Shown one piece after another: positions 9,717-18,599 of a stretch of DNA of 64,000 bases. The first letter of the stretch is position 1. Every line of letters begins with the position of its first letter. The notes below the pieces were generated by a model that was not told where the DNA came from, ran no database searches, and saw nothing but the letters and a program-made list of their open reading frames with translations. The position numbers and the translations under genes are program-made. This DNA comes from Candidatus Heimdallarchaeota archaeon (lineage in GTDB: Archaea > Asgardarchaeota > Heimdallarchaeia > Heimdallarchaeales > Heimdallarchaeaceae). The stretch lies in assembly GCA_016840095.1 (NCBI GenBank), contig JAEOSZ010000031.1:64001-128000 (forward strand), in the 5' to 3' direction.

Positions 9717-11204
9717 ATGAGCGAAGAAAATCCTAAGGATCTTTCGAAAGAAATTGAAACAAAAGTGCTAGAAGTAATTCAAGTTCAATGGGAACAACAT
9801 GAGAGAGTTAGAGAAATTATTTCGATTCTCAGAGAAAAGATACAAATGGATTTAGGCTCCTTAGGTTATGTTGGAAGAGTTGAAACTCAAGGTTCTTTTG
9901 TTAGGAAAACTTACCTTAGTGAGGATGATACCTTCGATTTACTACTTATCTTACAGAGATCAGATAAACCAAAAGTGCATCAAATTCTTGATGCCTTAGA
10001 AAAGAGGTTAAAGAAAGATAGAATCAATAAAGATCCAATCACAATTACAAAGCATACAGGAAAAATACCTTATCTTAGAATAGTTGCTGGTGATGAGTTG
10101 GTCAATCTCTTTGTAGGGTTTGAGATAACTCCTGGTGAAGATAATATTTCAATTTTTGATTATTTACCCATGCACTCTCAATATCTAATTACACACATGA
10201 AAGAAGAAGATAGGAATGAAGTCCTTCTTTTGAAGAAATTTCTGAAAACTATAGGCGTGTATAGACATGAAGTTGGATCTATAGGTTTTAATGGATATCT
10301 CTGTGAATTGCTCATTTTGTTCTATGGAACTTTTCAGAAAACAATTGATGCAATAGGAAAATGGAGAGCAAGAACAATTATCGATTTAAAAAAGAACTTG
10401 GAAAAATCTGAGGATGTAGATCTTTTAACAAGCGAAATGCTGTTGAAATATTACCCGCTTTATGTGCCAGATCCACTAAATCCAAAAGATAATGTTGCTG
10501 CTGATGTGTCTATTGATCAGTTTACTTCAGTAATAGCTGCAGCAAATACATACAAATTTGATCCTAAAATCAGTTTCTTTGAAGATCTATTATGCGAGAT
10601 TCCTACATATTCAGATCTTATGAGAAAAATTATTCATTCAGGGAGACAATTAGTAGTTTTAGCAACTAAACGAAACTTCCAAGAATCAGAAATATGCTGG
10701 CAAAAAGCAATGTCAATGAAGAATGCTTTCCAAGGTGAATTATTTAATAATAATTATATTTTGGAAAGGTCAAAAACATTTGTTTCTGATGAGTATTATG
10801 GTTTATTTCTATCATTAATGGATGTCAATCCGCAAATCTCAATAAGAAAAGAAGGTCCTTTAATCACCTCAGATGAATCAATAAAATTCTTACAACAATA
10901 TACCAAACATGTTGATGTAGTTTCTGGACCGTTTATAGATAATGATAGATGGGTAATTCATTTTACAAAGAAAGGACAAAATGTATTCGAATTCCTAGAA
11001 AACTTAGTGAAAAAGAATACTTTCATGTTGAATGTTGATTCATTTCTAAAAATTGAGATTAAAGAAAAATTGAAGATTTTTGGTGCAGATGAAAAATTAA
11101 GAGAAATATATGAAACAGATGGTTCTTTTGCAGAATACATGTTTTTATTCATAGAGCGAAAACCACTATGGATTTGCAACCTAAAAGAAAATGAAGAAAT
11201 ATGA
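9717..11204 (+). CDS. cca: class I (archaeal) CCA-adding enzyme homolog with degenerate catalytic residues
   Basis: GSFVRKTYL, PYL, LLKKFLKTIGVY, GFNGYLCELLILFYGTF, DPLNPKDNVAA, GP motifs; syntenic with thpR. DxD is T-F-D and the third Asp is Asn. Confidence 0.85.
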   Translation: MSEENPKDLSKEIETKVLEVIQVQWEQHERVREIISILREKIQMDLGSLGYVGRVETQGSFVRKTYLSEDDTFDLLLILQRSDKPKVHQILDALEKRLKKDRINKDPITITKHTGKIPYLRIVAGDELVNLFVGFEITPGEDNISIFDYLPMHSQYLITHMKEEDRNEVLLLKKFLKTIGVYRHEVGSIGFNGYLCELLILFYGTFQKTIDAIGKWRARTIIDLKKNLEKSEDVDLLTSEMLLKYYPLYVPDPLNPKDNVAADVSIDQFTSVIAAANTYKFDPKISFFEDLLCEIPTYSDLMRKIIHSGRQLVVLATKRNFQESEICWQKAMSMKNAFQGELFNNNYILERSKTFVSDEYYGLFLSLMDVNPQISIRKEGPLITSDESIKFLQQYTKHVDVVSGPFIDNDRWVIHFTKKGQNVFEFLENLVKKNTFMLNVDSFLKIEIKEKLKIFGADEKLREIYETDGSFAEYMFLFIERKPLWICNLKENEEI

Positions 11205-11220
11205 AAAAAAGTAAAAGAAA

Positions 11221-12714
11221 TTATTTTTTGAATTTCTTTCTATAAATTACTGCAACAATTGGTGCAACTGCTAGAGTTATGAACAATGCATCTGATAAGC
11301 CAAATCCTAGAGTAAAAGTATTACTACCACCAGGGTTTGTTGTAGGTTCTTCACCTTGTATTAAGAGTTTTATAGCATGAACGATGAAATGTGGTTTGCC
11401 ATCGATATCTTTTAGTTCAAAGTAGTTTGGACCATACATTGAATCATCAGAAGCTAAAGAAGTAATAAAGATTGTATCTCCAACACTGTAATCACTGTCT
11501 CGTCCAAGTGTGTCTCCCGAAGCTAAAGGTTTAGAAAATTCAACATGATGATAACCAGAAACATATGTGTAGTTTGCTTGACCATCATTAGTTCCACCTT
11601 CATCCACATCATTTGTAGGTTCTCCTTCATATAGGAAAGCATCAGTGTATCCATACTCGTTAATCATAATGAAGTCTGTACCATATGTGTCGTTAAGCAT
11701 ATCAAGTGATTTTCCTAAAACAAATCCTAAGAAATCTTCACTTGTAGCATAATCATCATACACTTTGAAATGTATGTAGAAATTCACTCCATCATGGAAG
11801 AGTTTTATTTGAGCATCTACAGTATTCATAGGATCGAAAGTTCCATCACTATAATTTTGGAATGAAAGTGTGATATCATATTGTGTAGCATCAGCCCATG
11901 CAGGTTCATCTGCAATTCCATCATAAACAATAGTTCCAGTCAAGAAAGGAGCTTGGTAAGTTTCACCTTCAACCCATAAGAATCCACGATCATCATCATT
12001 AGTACCAAAATCAAGTTCATCTCCACTGTCATGACCAATACTCAATCGAATATATCTGAAATCAACTTCAGTGATTGTTCCATAGTTTGCTGGATCAGAG
12101 GAAGGATACACATTTACCCATACAGTAAATTCTACAGCTATAGCTTCTCCATATTCTAAGTCAATGTCTTTCCCAGTTTCATCACCTGATTGAATATACT
12201 TTGCGAATTCAAAGTATGTGCCATTATCTCCTTGGTAATTCAAAGATGCAAATACATCATGTGTTCCAAAGATGTCTCCATCAACTTGAGGAGTAGTTAC
12301 CATATCGTCAGGTTCAGGAAAAGCCATATCATAATATGCTGGACCACTATATGCATCCATAAGCACACCATCATTTTGTCCTTCTTGTCCGAAGAAATGA
12401 ACTTGCATGGCTTTAACATGACCCACTTGATCTGGTATATATGCATAGAAGAACAGGTAAGAATTATTATATGCAAACTTGAAATTTACATTGACAAAAC
12501 TAGAAGGATTTCCAAACTCATAAGCATCAATCATACTAAGTGTTGGATTTGTCCAGTCTGCTATACTTCCATCTAAAACAATACCATCATCATAAGGAGC
12601 TATTACAGCTAAAGCTGCAGGTGGTGTGTCTCCAGAGCCTGCATTCAGCATATTAACACCCATAAAGGTTAAACCAATAATTAATAATAGACCTAACATA
12701 GTTGTTTTCTTCAA
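11221..12714 (-). CDS. secreted/surface protein with two DOMON/CBM9-like domains and C-terminal membrane anchor
   Basis: Signal peptide; duplicated units IVLDGSIADW...FEFAKYIQSGDETGKD and IVYDGIADEPAW...VEFSKPLASGDTLGRD; C-terminal TM followed by RKKFKK. Confidence 0.7.
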   Translation of the reverse strand: MKKTTMLGLLLIIGLTFMGVNMLNAGSGDTPPAALAVIAPYDDGIVLDGSIADWTNPTLSMIDAYEFGNPSSFVNVNFKFAYNNSYLFFYAYIPDQVGHVKAMQVHFFGQEGQNDGVLMDAYSGPAYYDMAFPEPDDMVTTPQVDGDIFGTHDVFASLNYQGDNGTYFEFAKYIQSGDETGKDIDLEYGEAIAVEFTVWVNVYPSSDPANYGTITEVDFRYIRLSIGHDSGDELDFGTNDDDRGFLWVEGETYQAPFLTGTIVYDGIADEPAWADATQYDITLSFQNYSDGTFDPMNTVDAQIKLFHDGVNFYIHFKVYDDYATSEDFLGFVLGKSLDMLNDTYGTDFIMINEYGYTDAFLYEGEPTNDVDEGGTNDGQANYTYVSGYHHVEFSKPLASGDTLGRDSDYSVGDTIFITSLASDDSMYGPNYFELKDIDGKPHFIVHAIKLLIQGEEPTTNPGGSNTFTLGFGLSDALFITLAVAPIVAVIYRKKFKK

Positions 12715-12892
12715 ATTTATGAACCCCCATAAATTTTCTTAGTATACTATAGTGATTCTTTCTTTAAATAGGATATGTTTGAGGAAACTAGAAAGAGAAG
12801 AGTTCGAAAAAACTAGAAGCATTAATTACATCCTCTGAAAATAGAGAATTCTTTTTTTGTGCTTATATATTAATTTCTGTTTCTTGAAATAG

Positions 12893-13870
12893 ATGAGAAT
12901 TGTTGCTACAGCTGATTCGCACTTTGGTTATGAATATGGAAGAAGTTCTGTAGCAAAAAAAGAATCAATTCAAAGAATGAATCAGGCTTTTGAGAATATC
13001 TTAAATGAAGCAATCTCTTTACAAGCAGATTTAGTGCTTCATGGGGGAGATGTATTCAATAGATCTTCCCCAAAAAAAGAAGTAATAGAACAAGCATATG
13101 ATATTATAGATAGATTTGCAGAAGAAGATATTCCACTAGTGATAATACCAGGTAATCATGATAAATCTGTTCTTCCTGAGTCTCTAGTAAATCATCTCAA
13201 TAAACATATACACTTTTTAAATAAATTTTCATTGCTTGACTTCTCTGAGATTTCAATCTTATCCTTTCCTTTTGTTTCAGGAGATCCTAAAATTATCTTT
13301 GAGAAAGCAATTAGGAAAGCTAAAGAAGAACCAAGTAAGAAGATAATTATTCTGTGTCATCAACTTTTTGATGGAGCTTCGTTTGGACCACATAATTATG
13401 TTTTCACAAATAGGTTAGATACCCTCAAAACAGATAAGCTACCAGACAATGTTCTATTTGTAGTTTCGGGACATATTCACAGATTCCAAAATATTCAAAA
13501 CGGGAGAGTATATTATACAGGATCAGTAGAAAGAACCAGCTTTATGGAGATAACAGAACCTAAAGGATACTTGTTAATTGAAATAGAAGGAGATTATCAT
13601 TGTGTTAGATTTTGCAAAACAGAGAGTGTTCCTATGGATGTAATTGAGTATGATATAGGTGAAATGGGATTGATATCTTCAGTAATTAATGAAGATGAAA
13701 TAAATAACAAATCAAGAACATTGCTTCGATTCACTGGGAGATCTTTAGATGCTAATGAGATTAAATTCTTATGGGCAAGATTTCCTGCAAAAGAGTATCC
13801 TCTTCTTAGATTTTCACCAAGAAATTCAGATATGGTTCTAAAAAAATTATATAATATTAAAAAAGAATGA
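12893..13870 (+). CDS. Mre11/SbcD-like metallophosphoesterase (DNA repair exonuclease)
   Basis: ADSHFG, GGDVF, PGNHD, CHQ, SGHIH, YTGSVER..F.E...KGY. Confidence 0.88.
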   Translation: MRIVATADSHFGYEYGRSSVAKKESIQRMNQAFENILNEAISLQADLVLHGGDVFNRSSPKKEVIEQAYDIIDRFAEEDIPLVIIPGNHDKSVLPESLVNHLNKHIHFLNKFSLLDFSEISILSFPFVSGDPKIIFEKAIRKAKEEPSKKIIILCHQLFDGASFGPHNYVFTNRLDTLKTDKLPDNVLFVVSGHIHRFQNIQNGRVYYTGSVERTSFMEITEPKGYLLIEIEGDYHCVRFCKTESVPMDVIEYDIGEMGLISSVINEDEINNKSRTLLRFTGRSLDANEIKFLWARFPAKEYPLLRFSPRNSDMVLKKLYNIKKE

Positions 13871-13872
13871 TA

Positions 13873-15243
13873 CTATTTCTTCATTCTTTTGCCAATAAAA
13901 ATTGGAATTACTAAAGCGATTAGTAGTATCCAGTAAGTTGGAAAACTTGTTTTAGTGAAGACAGCAGGATTCTTAAGAGGATAAGGGTCAACAGTATTAA
14001 ATGGACCATCTAGAGGATATTCAGACATTCTTCCTAAATTATCCCAATAGTTCCCCTCATTAGTATCTATATCATACCAAGTTGTGTTTAATCCTTCGTC
14101 AAATGCTTGACTCGTACCCTTTTTGTTATTTTTTATGAAATCATTATGATGGATAGTGTGATTGTAAGCCCGATATTCTTGTGTTTCAAAAAGAATGGTT
14201 AAGTTTAGAAAAATCGCATATAGTGTATTTTCATTAAAAATATTGTAACTATAACTTACAAAATATCCTATGGCTTTGATTCCATAGAAATTCTCGCTTA
14301 TCTCATTATAAGTGATGCTTATGTTACCTGTAGATTTATAGATCTCAATTCCATATATTGAATTATTAGTACAGGTGTTGTTTCTAAATGTAGAATTGTA
14401 ACAGGAAATTCCGATTCCTATTTCATTATTCGTACAATAATTATTTGAAATCTCACTATTATCAGACATTAGGAGCATTCCAATATCATTACCAATGCAG
14501 TTATTATCGAAAACCACCAAATCTGAACCATATAAAACTATACCACCCGCATTATATTTGATGATATTCTCTTTAATCACGCTCCCTGAAATACCAACAA
14601 GATCAATCGCTCGGTGACTATTGAATTCACATGTATTTTTCTCAACTAAATAGGCAGAGAAATTACTATAATAGATATTTGCAATTGCTATACCATAAGT
14701 GTTATTTGACACAATATTTGATGAGATGATTGCAGTGTACTTATCTTCAAGTAAAGGTTCTTCCCCTGTGATATTCTCAGGAGCTGGGACCTGTGGATAA
14801 TAATCTGTATAAACTATTCCAGTAGCGTTATTGTTTTTGACTATATTATTGACAATTTGTGCTGTACCCGGAACTATTCTGAGTATTCTAATACCTATCT
14901 TTTCAGCATCAACCTTGCAATTCCTTATTATGAAACTACTTGATGTAGAATTTATAGAAATTCCTACAGAAGATGATGTATTAATATCTAGATTTTCAAT
15001 CAAATATGGCTCTTCAGGGGTTCCTAAACCCGAAAATCCATAATCTGAAAAGTTATCATCTGAACTAATCAGAATAGGTCCACTAGAAACTAAAGAATCA
15101 AGGTTGAATGTTTCAGTCTGATGGATTTGCCTAGCTTCTAATCCAATTTGTTCTAAAGAAAGAGTATAAGGAATAAAAACTGAGCTTAGGCAAATTACTA
15201 ATACCAAAGAAATTGATTTGATTCTTGTATAGGTTCTAATCAT
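13873..15243 (-). CDS. NosD-like right-handed parallel beta-helix surface protein
   Basis: Signal peptide, GLGTPEEPYLIEN, repeated NNxxxNNxxGI units, GNYW and DPYPL, C-terminal TM with basic tail. Confidence 0.88.
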   Translation of the reverse strand: MIRTYTRIKSISLVLVICLSSVFIPYTLSLEQIGLEARQIHQTETFNLDSLVSSGPILISSDDNFSDYGFSGLGTPEEPYLIENLDINTSSSVGISINSTSSSFIIRNCKVDAEKIGIRILRIVPGTAQIVNNIVKNNNATGIVYTDYYPQVPAPENITGEEPLLEDKYTAIISSNIVSNNTYGIAIANIYYSNFSAYLVEKNTCEFNSHRAIDLVGISGSVIKENIIKYNAGGIVLYGSDLVVFDNNCIGNDIGMLLMSDNSEISNNYCTNNEIGIGISCYNSTFRNNTCTNNSIYGIEIYKSTGNISITYNEISENFYGIKAIGYFVSYSYNIFNENTLYAIFLNLTILFETQEYRAYNHTIHHNDFIKNNKKGTSQAFDEGLNTTWYDIDTNEGNYWDNLGRMSEYPLDGPFNTVDPYPLKNPAVFTKTSFPTYWILLIALVIPIFIGKRMKK

Positions 15244-15347
15244 CTCAAATAACTAATTGTGTATGAGAGTTAATAAGTATATCAGTTTAGAACTGCTGTC
15301 TATAGTTTCTTGAACACTTTTTTATAGTTTATTTCTTTTATGTTCTT

Positions 15348-16319
15348 GTGAGTTCAGATTCATTTCTTATTATAAATCCTAATTCTAAGTCTGGAAAGAC
15401 AGGTAAGAAGATAAAGAAATACCTCAAAATTATCAATGAATATTTGGGGGATATAGAGTATGAGCTTACAACAAAACCAAGAGAAGAAACGTTAATTGCA
15501 GAAAGAGTAGTAAAGGAAGGGTACAAAACGATACTTTCTCTGGGGGGAGATGGAACAGCAACTAATATTGGAGATGTTCTAGTAAAACACCCTGATACAA
15601 AGCTTGGCTATCTTTCATCTGGCTCAATGAATGATTGGGGGAGAACACATTCTATACCTACTAAATTTGAAGATTGTTTAGAAGTTATAATTGAAGGGTA
15701 TTCTGAAAGATTTCCTGGAATGAAATGCATAGGTGATAGAGAGCATTATGCTTTTGATCATGTAGATGGAGGTTTTGTAGCTGAAGCTGGGGCAGCAGCT
15801 TTAACAGAGGCAAAGTGGGTAAAAAATGGTTTTCTAAAATATGCTTATTTGGCTCTGAAATATGTAATTAAATTCAAGAACGTTCCTGTAGTTATGAAAA
15901 TAGATGATAAAGAACCTCTTGAAATAGATGATCTTTCAGCATCAGTTTTTGCTTTCAGTGAGTCAATGGCAGGATTCAAGATGCTTCCAGGAAATGATTA
16001 TTTGTCAAGAAAGAATAAAGACATAGGTATTGTCATAGCTCGAGGACTGAAAGGTTTGGGAAGAATAGGTTTGGTTCTTAAGACATCATCAGGAAAGCAC
16101 AGCAAAATGGAGGGTGTTTGGTTCAGTCGAGGAAGAAGAATCGAAGTAGAATCAGAGAGACCATTATCATGGGAAGCTGAAGGTGAAGTATTCAATGAAG
16201 ATGGTTTGAAAATAAGTGTTGAATATGTTGAAGACGCTCTGAATCTCATAGTTCCTAAGAACAGAAAATATAATGATACAGCTGAAGAGAAACTCTATAA
16301 GAGTAACTTTCCAAAATGA
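15348..16319 (+). CDS. diacylglycerol kinase family lipid kinase (YegS/BmrU-like)
   Basis: IINPNSKSG, GGDGT, SGSMNDW, EAEGE. Confidence 0.88.
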   Translation: MSSDSFLIINPNSKSGKTGKKIKKYLKIINEYLGDIEYELTTKPREETLIAERVVKEGYKTILSLGGDGTATNIGDVLVKHPDTKLGYLSSGSMNDWGRTHSIPTKFEDCLEVIIEGYSERFPGMKCIGDREHYAFDHVDGGFVAEAGAAALTEAKWVKNGFLKYAYLALKYVIKFKNVPVVMKIDDKEPLEIDDLSASVFAFSESMAGFKMLPGNDYLSRKNKDIGIVIARGLKGLGRIGLVLKTSSGKHSKMEGVWFSRGRRIEVESERPLSWEAEGEVFNEDGLKISVEYVEDALNLIVPKNRKYNDTAEEKLYKSNFPK

Positions 16320-16341
16320 ATTTTATGAAAAAAAATTCCTT

Positions 16342-16581
16342 TTAATTATTTTTGCCTAAAACTATATCACCAACAAACATGATTGATTTAGGAATAAAGA
16401 TAGTTACAACAAACTGTAGAAAAATTATCACAACTGCACTAATTAAAATCCATTCCAAAGCCCCCATGTTCCAGTCATTACCAAATACAAAAACAGTAAA
16501 GAATCTAAAGATTAAATAGATTGGCAAATAAACTATGAAGAAGCTTCCATATATAGAAAAAAATTTTCTTTTTTCTACCAT
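16342..16581 (-). CDS. small membrane protein (2 TM)
   Basis: Two hydrophobic stretches; co-oriented downstream of the GtrA gene. Confidence 0.55.
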   Translation of the reverse strand: MVEKRKFFSIYGSFFIVYLPIYLIFRFFTVFVFGNDWNMGALEWILISAVVIIFLQFVVTIFIPKSIMFVGDIVLGKNN

Positions 16582-16606
16582 ACAATATAAAAAACACTAA
16601 AAGCAT

Positions 16607-17158
16607 TTATTTGATTTTCTGATGATTATTATTTTCCAATTTACGTTGTTTTCTATTTTCACTCCTTTTCATTCTTTTGTCAAGAAATCTGGGACTGAAA
16701 GTCCACAAATCATTCCAGATGAAGTTATTAACTAAACCTACGAAAAATGCAATACTAGTAACAAGATATTTGTTCCCACCAAGTTTAGTATGAAAACCAA
16801 AAATTATAGCTGTATACATAGCAAAACTAGTAATTCCTATACCTGCAAATTGGAGAAATTGCACAAATGCTGTGGGTTTGTAACCTTTCTCTTGATCTTT
16901 GAATGTCCAAAATTTATGTGAAAGAAAGGTAATTACCATAACAATTGTAATCGACATCAAAGATGATACTAACACCTTGTCTATTTCTAATGACCAGATT
17001 ATGAAAAGTGGGTCATAACTGAAGAATCTATTGAACATCATTAGAAATAAGAAAATTAGAAGCTCATTTATTCCCCAACCAATAAGACCTATTATTACAA
17101 ATTTTGCAAATCTTTTTCCTCTGTTAGTTGAGAAAAAGTTTTGTTTCTCCTCTGTCAA
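16607..17158 (-). CDS. GtrA family protein
   Basis: KFVIIGLIG, FLSHKFWTF, FLQFAGIG, NFIWNDLWTF; four TM helices. Confidence 0.88.
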   Translation of the reverse strand: MTEEKQNFFSTNRGKRFAKFVIIGLIGWGINELLIFLFLMMFNRFFSYDPLFIIWSLEIDKVLVSSLMSITIVMVITFLSHKFWTFKDQEKGYKPTAFVQFLQFAGIGITSFAMYTAIIFGFHTKLGGNKYLVTSIAFFVGLVNNFIWNDLWTFSPRFLDKRMKRSENRKQRKLENNNHQKIK

Positions 17159-17199
17159 TATATCAACCAGCTATGAAATAGAAATAAAGAAAAGAAAAG

Positions 17200-18444
17200 T
17201 TAGAAGATTTTTAATTCTCTTCCTAAGTCTTCGAATTTCATTAGAGCAAAATCAAGATCTTCTTTTGTCAAACCAGCATTCATCATGACACGAATTCTAG
17301 CAGTTCCTCTAGGAACCATTGGGAAGACTATTGGTAATGCAAAAATTCCTTCTTCCATGAGTCTATCGCTTAAATTCTTAGCAACATCATTTTCTCCACA
17401 AATGATAGGAACAATTGCTGTTGGACATTTTGCAGAAGCAGCTGTTATCTCATGTCCATACCCCATATCAACTATTTTACTCTTGAAGTAATCACAGTTA
17501 TCTAGAAGTTTTTCTACAACTGGTTCGTGGAATGGTGATTTAGGATCTAATACTTCTAAGGAACCAAGTGCTGCACCAGCAACTGCTGGAGGTTGTGATC
17601 CACTCAAAAGATAGGATCTTCCAGTATTTCTAAGATAATTGACTAAATCTTGAGAACCTACTATTGCACCACCGACTACACCCATAGCTTTAGAGTAAGT
17701 ATTCATCTCAACTTGGACTTTACCTTGTAATCCGAAGTGATCAACGATACCTTTACCTTTCTTATTACGACCTAAAACACCGTCACCATGAGCATCGTCT
17801 ACAAAAATCATTGCACCGTATTCTTCAGCTAGCTTTTGTATGTCGTCTAGAGGAGACATATCTCCATCCATAGAGAAAACACCATCAGTAATAACTAAAA
17901 TTCTCTTTTCTCCATTTGGATCTGCAGCATCAGCTTCTTTCAATCTCTCTTCTAAACTACCCATATCACAGTGATCATAAATAGTTCGAACAGTTTTTGT
18001 CAAACGAACTCCATCAATAATTGAACCATGATTTAGTTGATCAGAAATAATGAAATCATCTCTTCTAACCAATGTTGGTATTGCTCCTTCATTTGCAATA
18101 AAACCTGACATCCATACAATTGATGCTTCTTGTTCTTTAAATTCTGCATGCTTTCTCTCCCATTCTTCATGAATGGCCATATTTCCAGCTATAGCTCTCA
18201 CTGAACCAGAACCTGCACCGAATTTTTCTGTAGCTTCTATTGCTTTCTTTTTGAGATGAGGATGATTGCTCAAATTCAGATAGTTGTTTGAACAAAGCAT
18301 TAGTAAATCTTTACCATCTACTTTTACTTTTGTCTCAGAAGGAGTTTCAAGTGACCTGTGCACCCATTCTCTACCTTCAGCTTGTATTTTTTGATATTCT
18401 TCTTTCAGAAATTTTGTTGGGTCTCTTTTTACCATATTCGACAC
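17200..18444 (-). CDS. kbl: glycine C-acetyltransferase / 8-amino-7-oxononanoate synthase family PLP enzyme
   Basis: CSNNYL, GAGSGSVR, SDQLNHGSIIDG, TDGVFSMDGD, DDAHG, PLP-Lys in TYSKA, ARIRVM. Confidence 0.85.
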   Translation of the reverse strand: MSNMVKRDPTKFLKEEYQKIQAEGREWVHRSLETPSETKVKVDGKDLLMLCSNNYLNLSNHPHLKKKAIEATEKFGAGSGSVRAIAGNMAIHEEWERKHAEFKEQEASIVWMSGFIANEGAIPTLVRRDDFIISDQLNHGSIIDGVRLTKTVRTIYDHCDMGSLEERLKEADAADPNGEKRILVITDGVFSMDGDMSPLDDIQKLAEEYGAMIFVDDAHGDGVLGRNKKGKGIVDHFGLQGKVQVEMNTYSKAMGVVGGAIVGSQDLVNYLRNTGRSYLLSGSQPPAVAGAALGSLEVLDPKSPFHEPVVEKLLDNCDYFKSKIVDMGYGHEITAASAKCPTAIVPIICGENDVAKNLSDRLMEEGIFALPIVFPMVPRGTARIRVMMNAGLTKEDLDFALMKFEDLGRELKIF

Positions 18445-18599
18445 CTATCATTCTCTAAAGTCTTATCAAACCATCCTTTTTTATATTTTATCCTTGATAG
18501 TTAAAACTAAATTATTATTTCTTCGGTTTTTTTAAGGGAAAAAGCTGTTTCGGAAAATCTTTTTATATTTATCTTATTAATTCATTCTCAAGTCATAAT

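Noticed and set aside
12740-12751. Exact 12-mer TAGTATACTATA shared with 42666-42677, as evidence of a common regulon
   Set aside because: AT-rich and lacking the outer TTTGCT/AGCAAA arms; a chance match is plausible in 64 kb.
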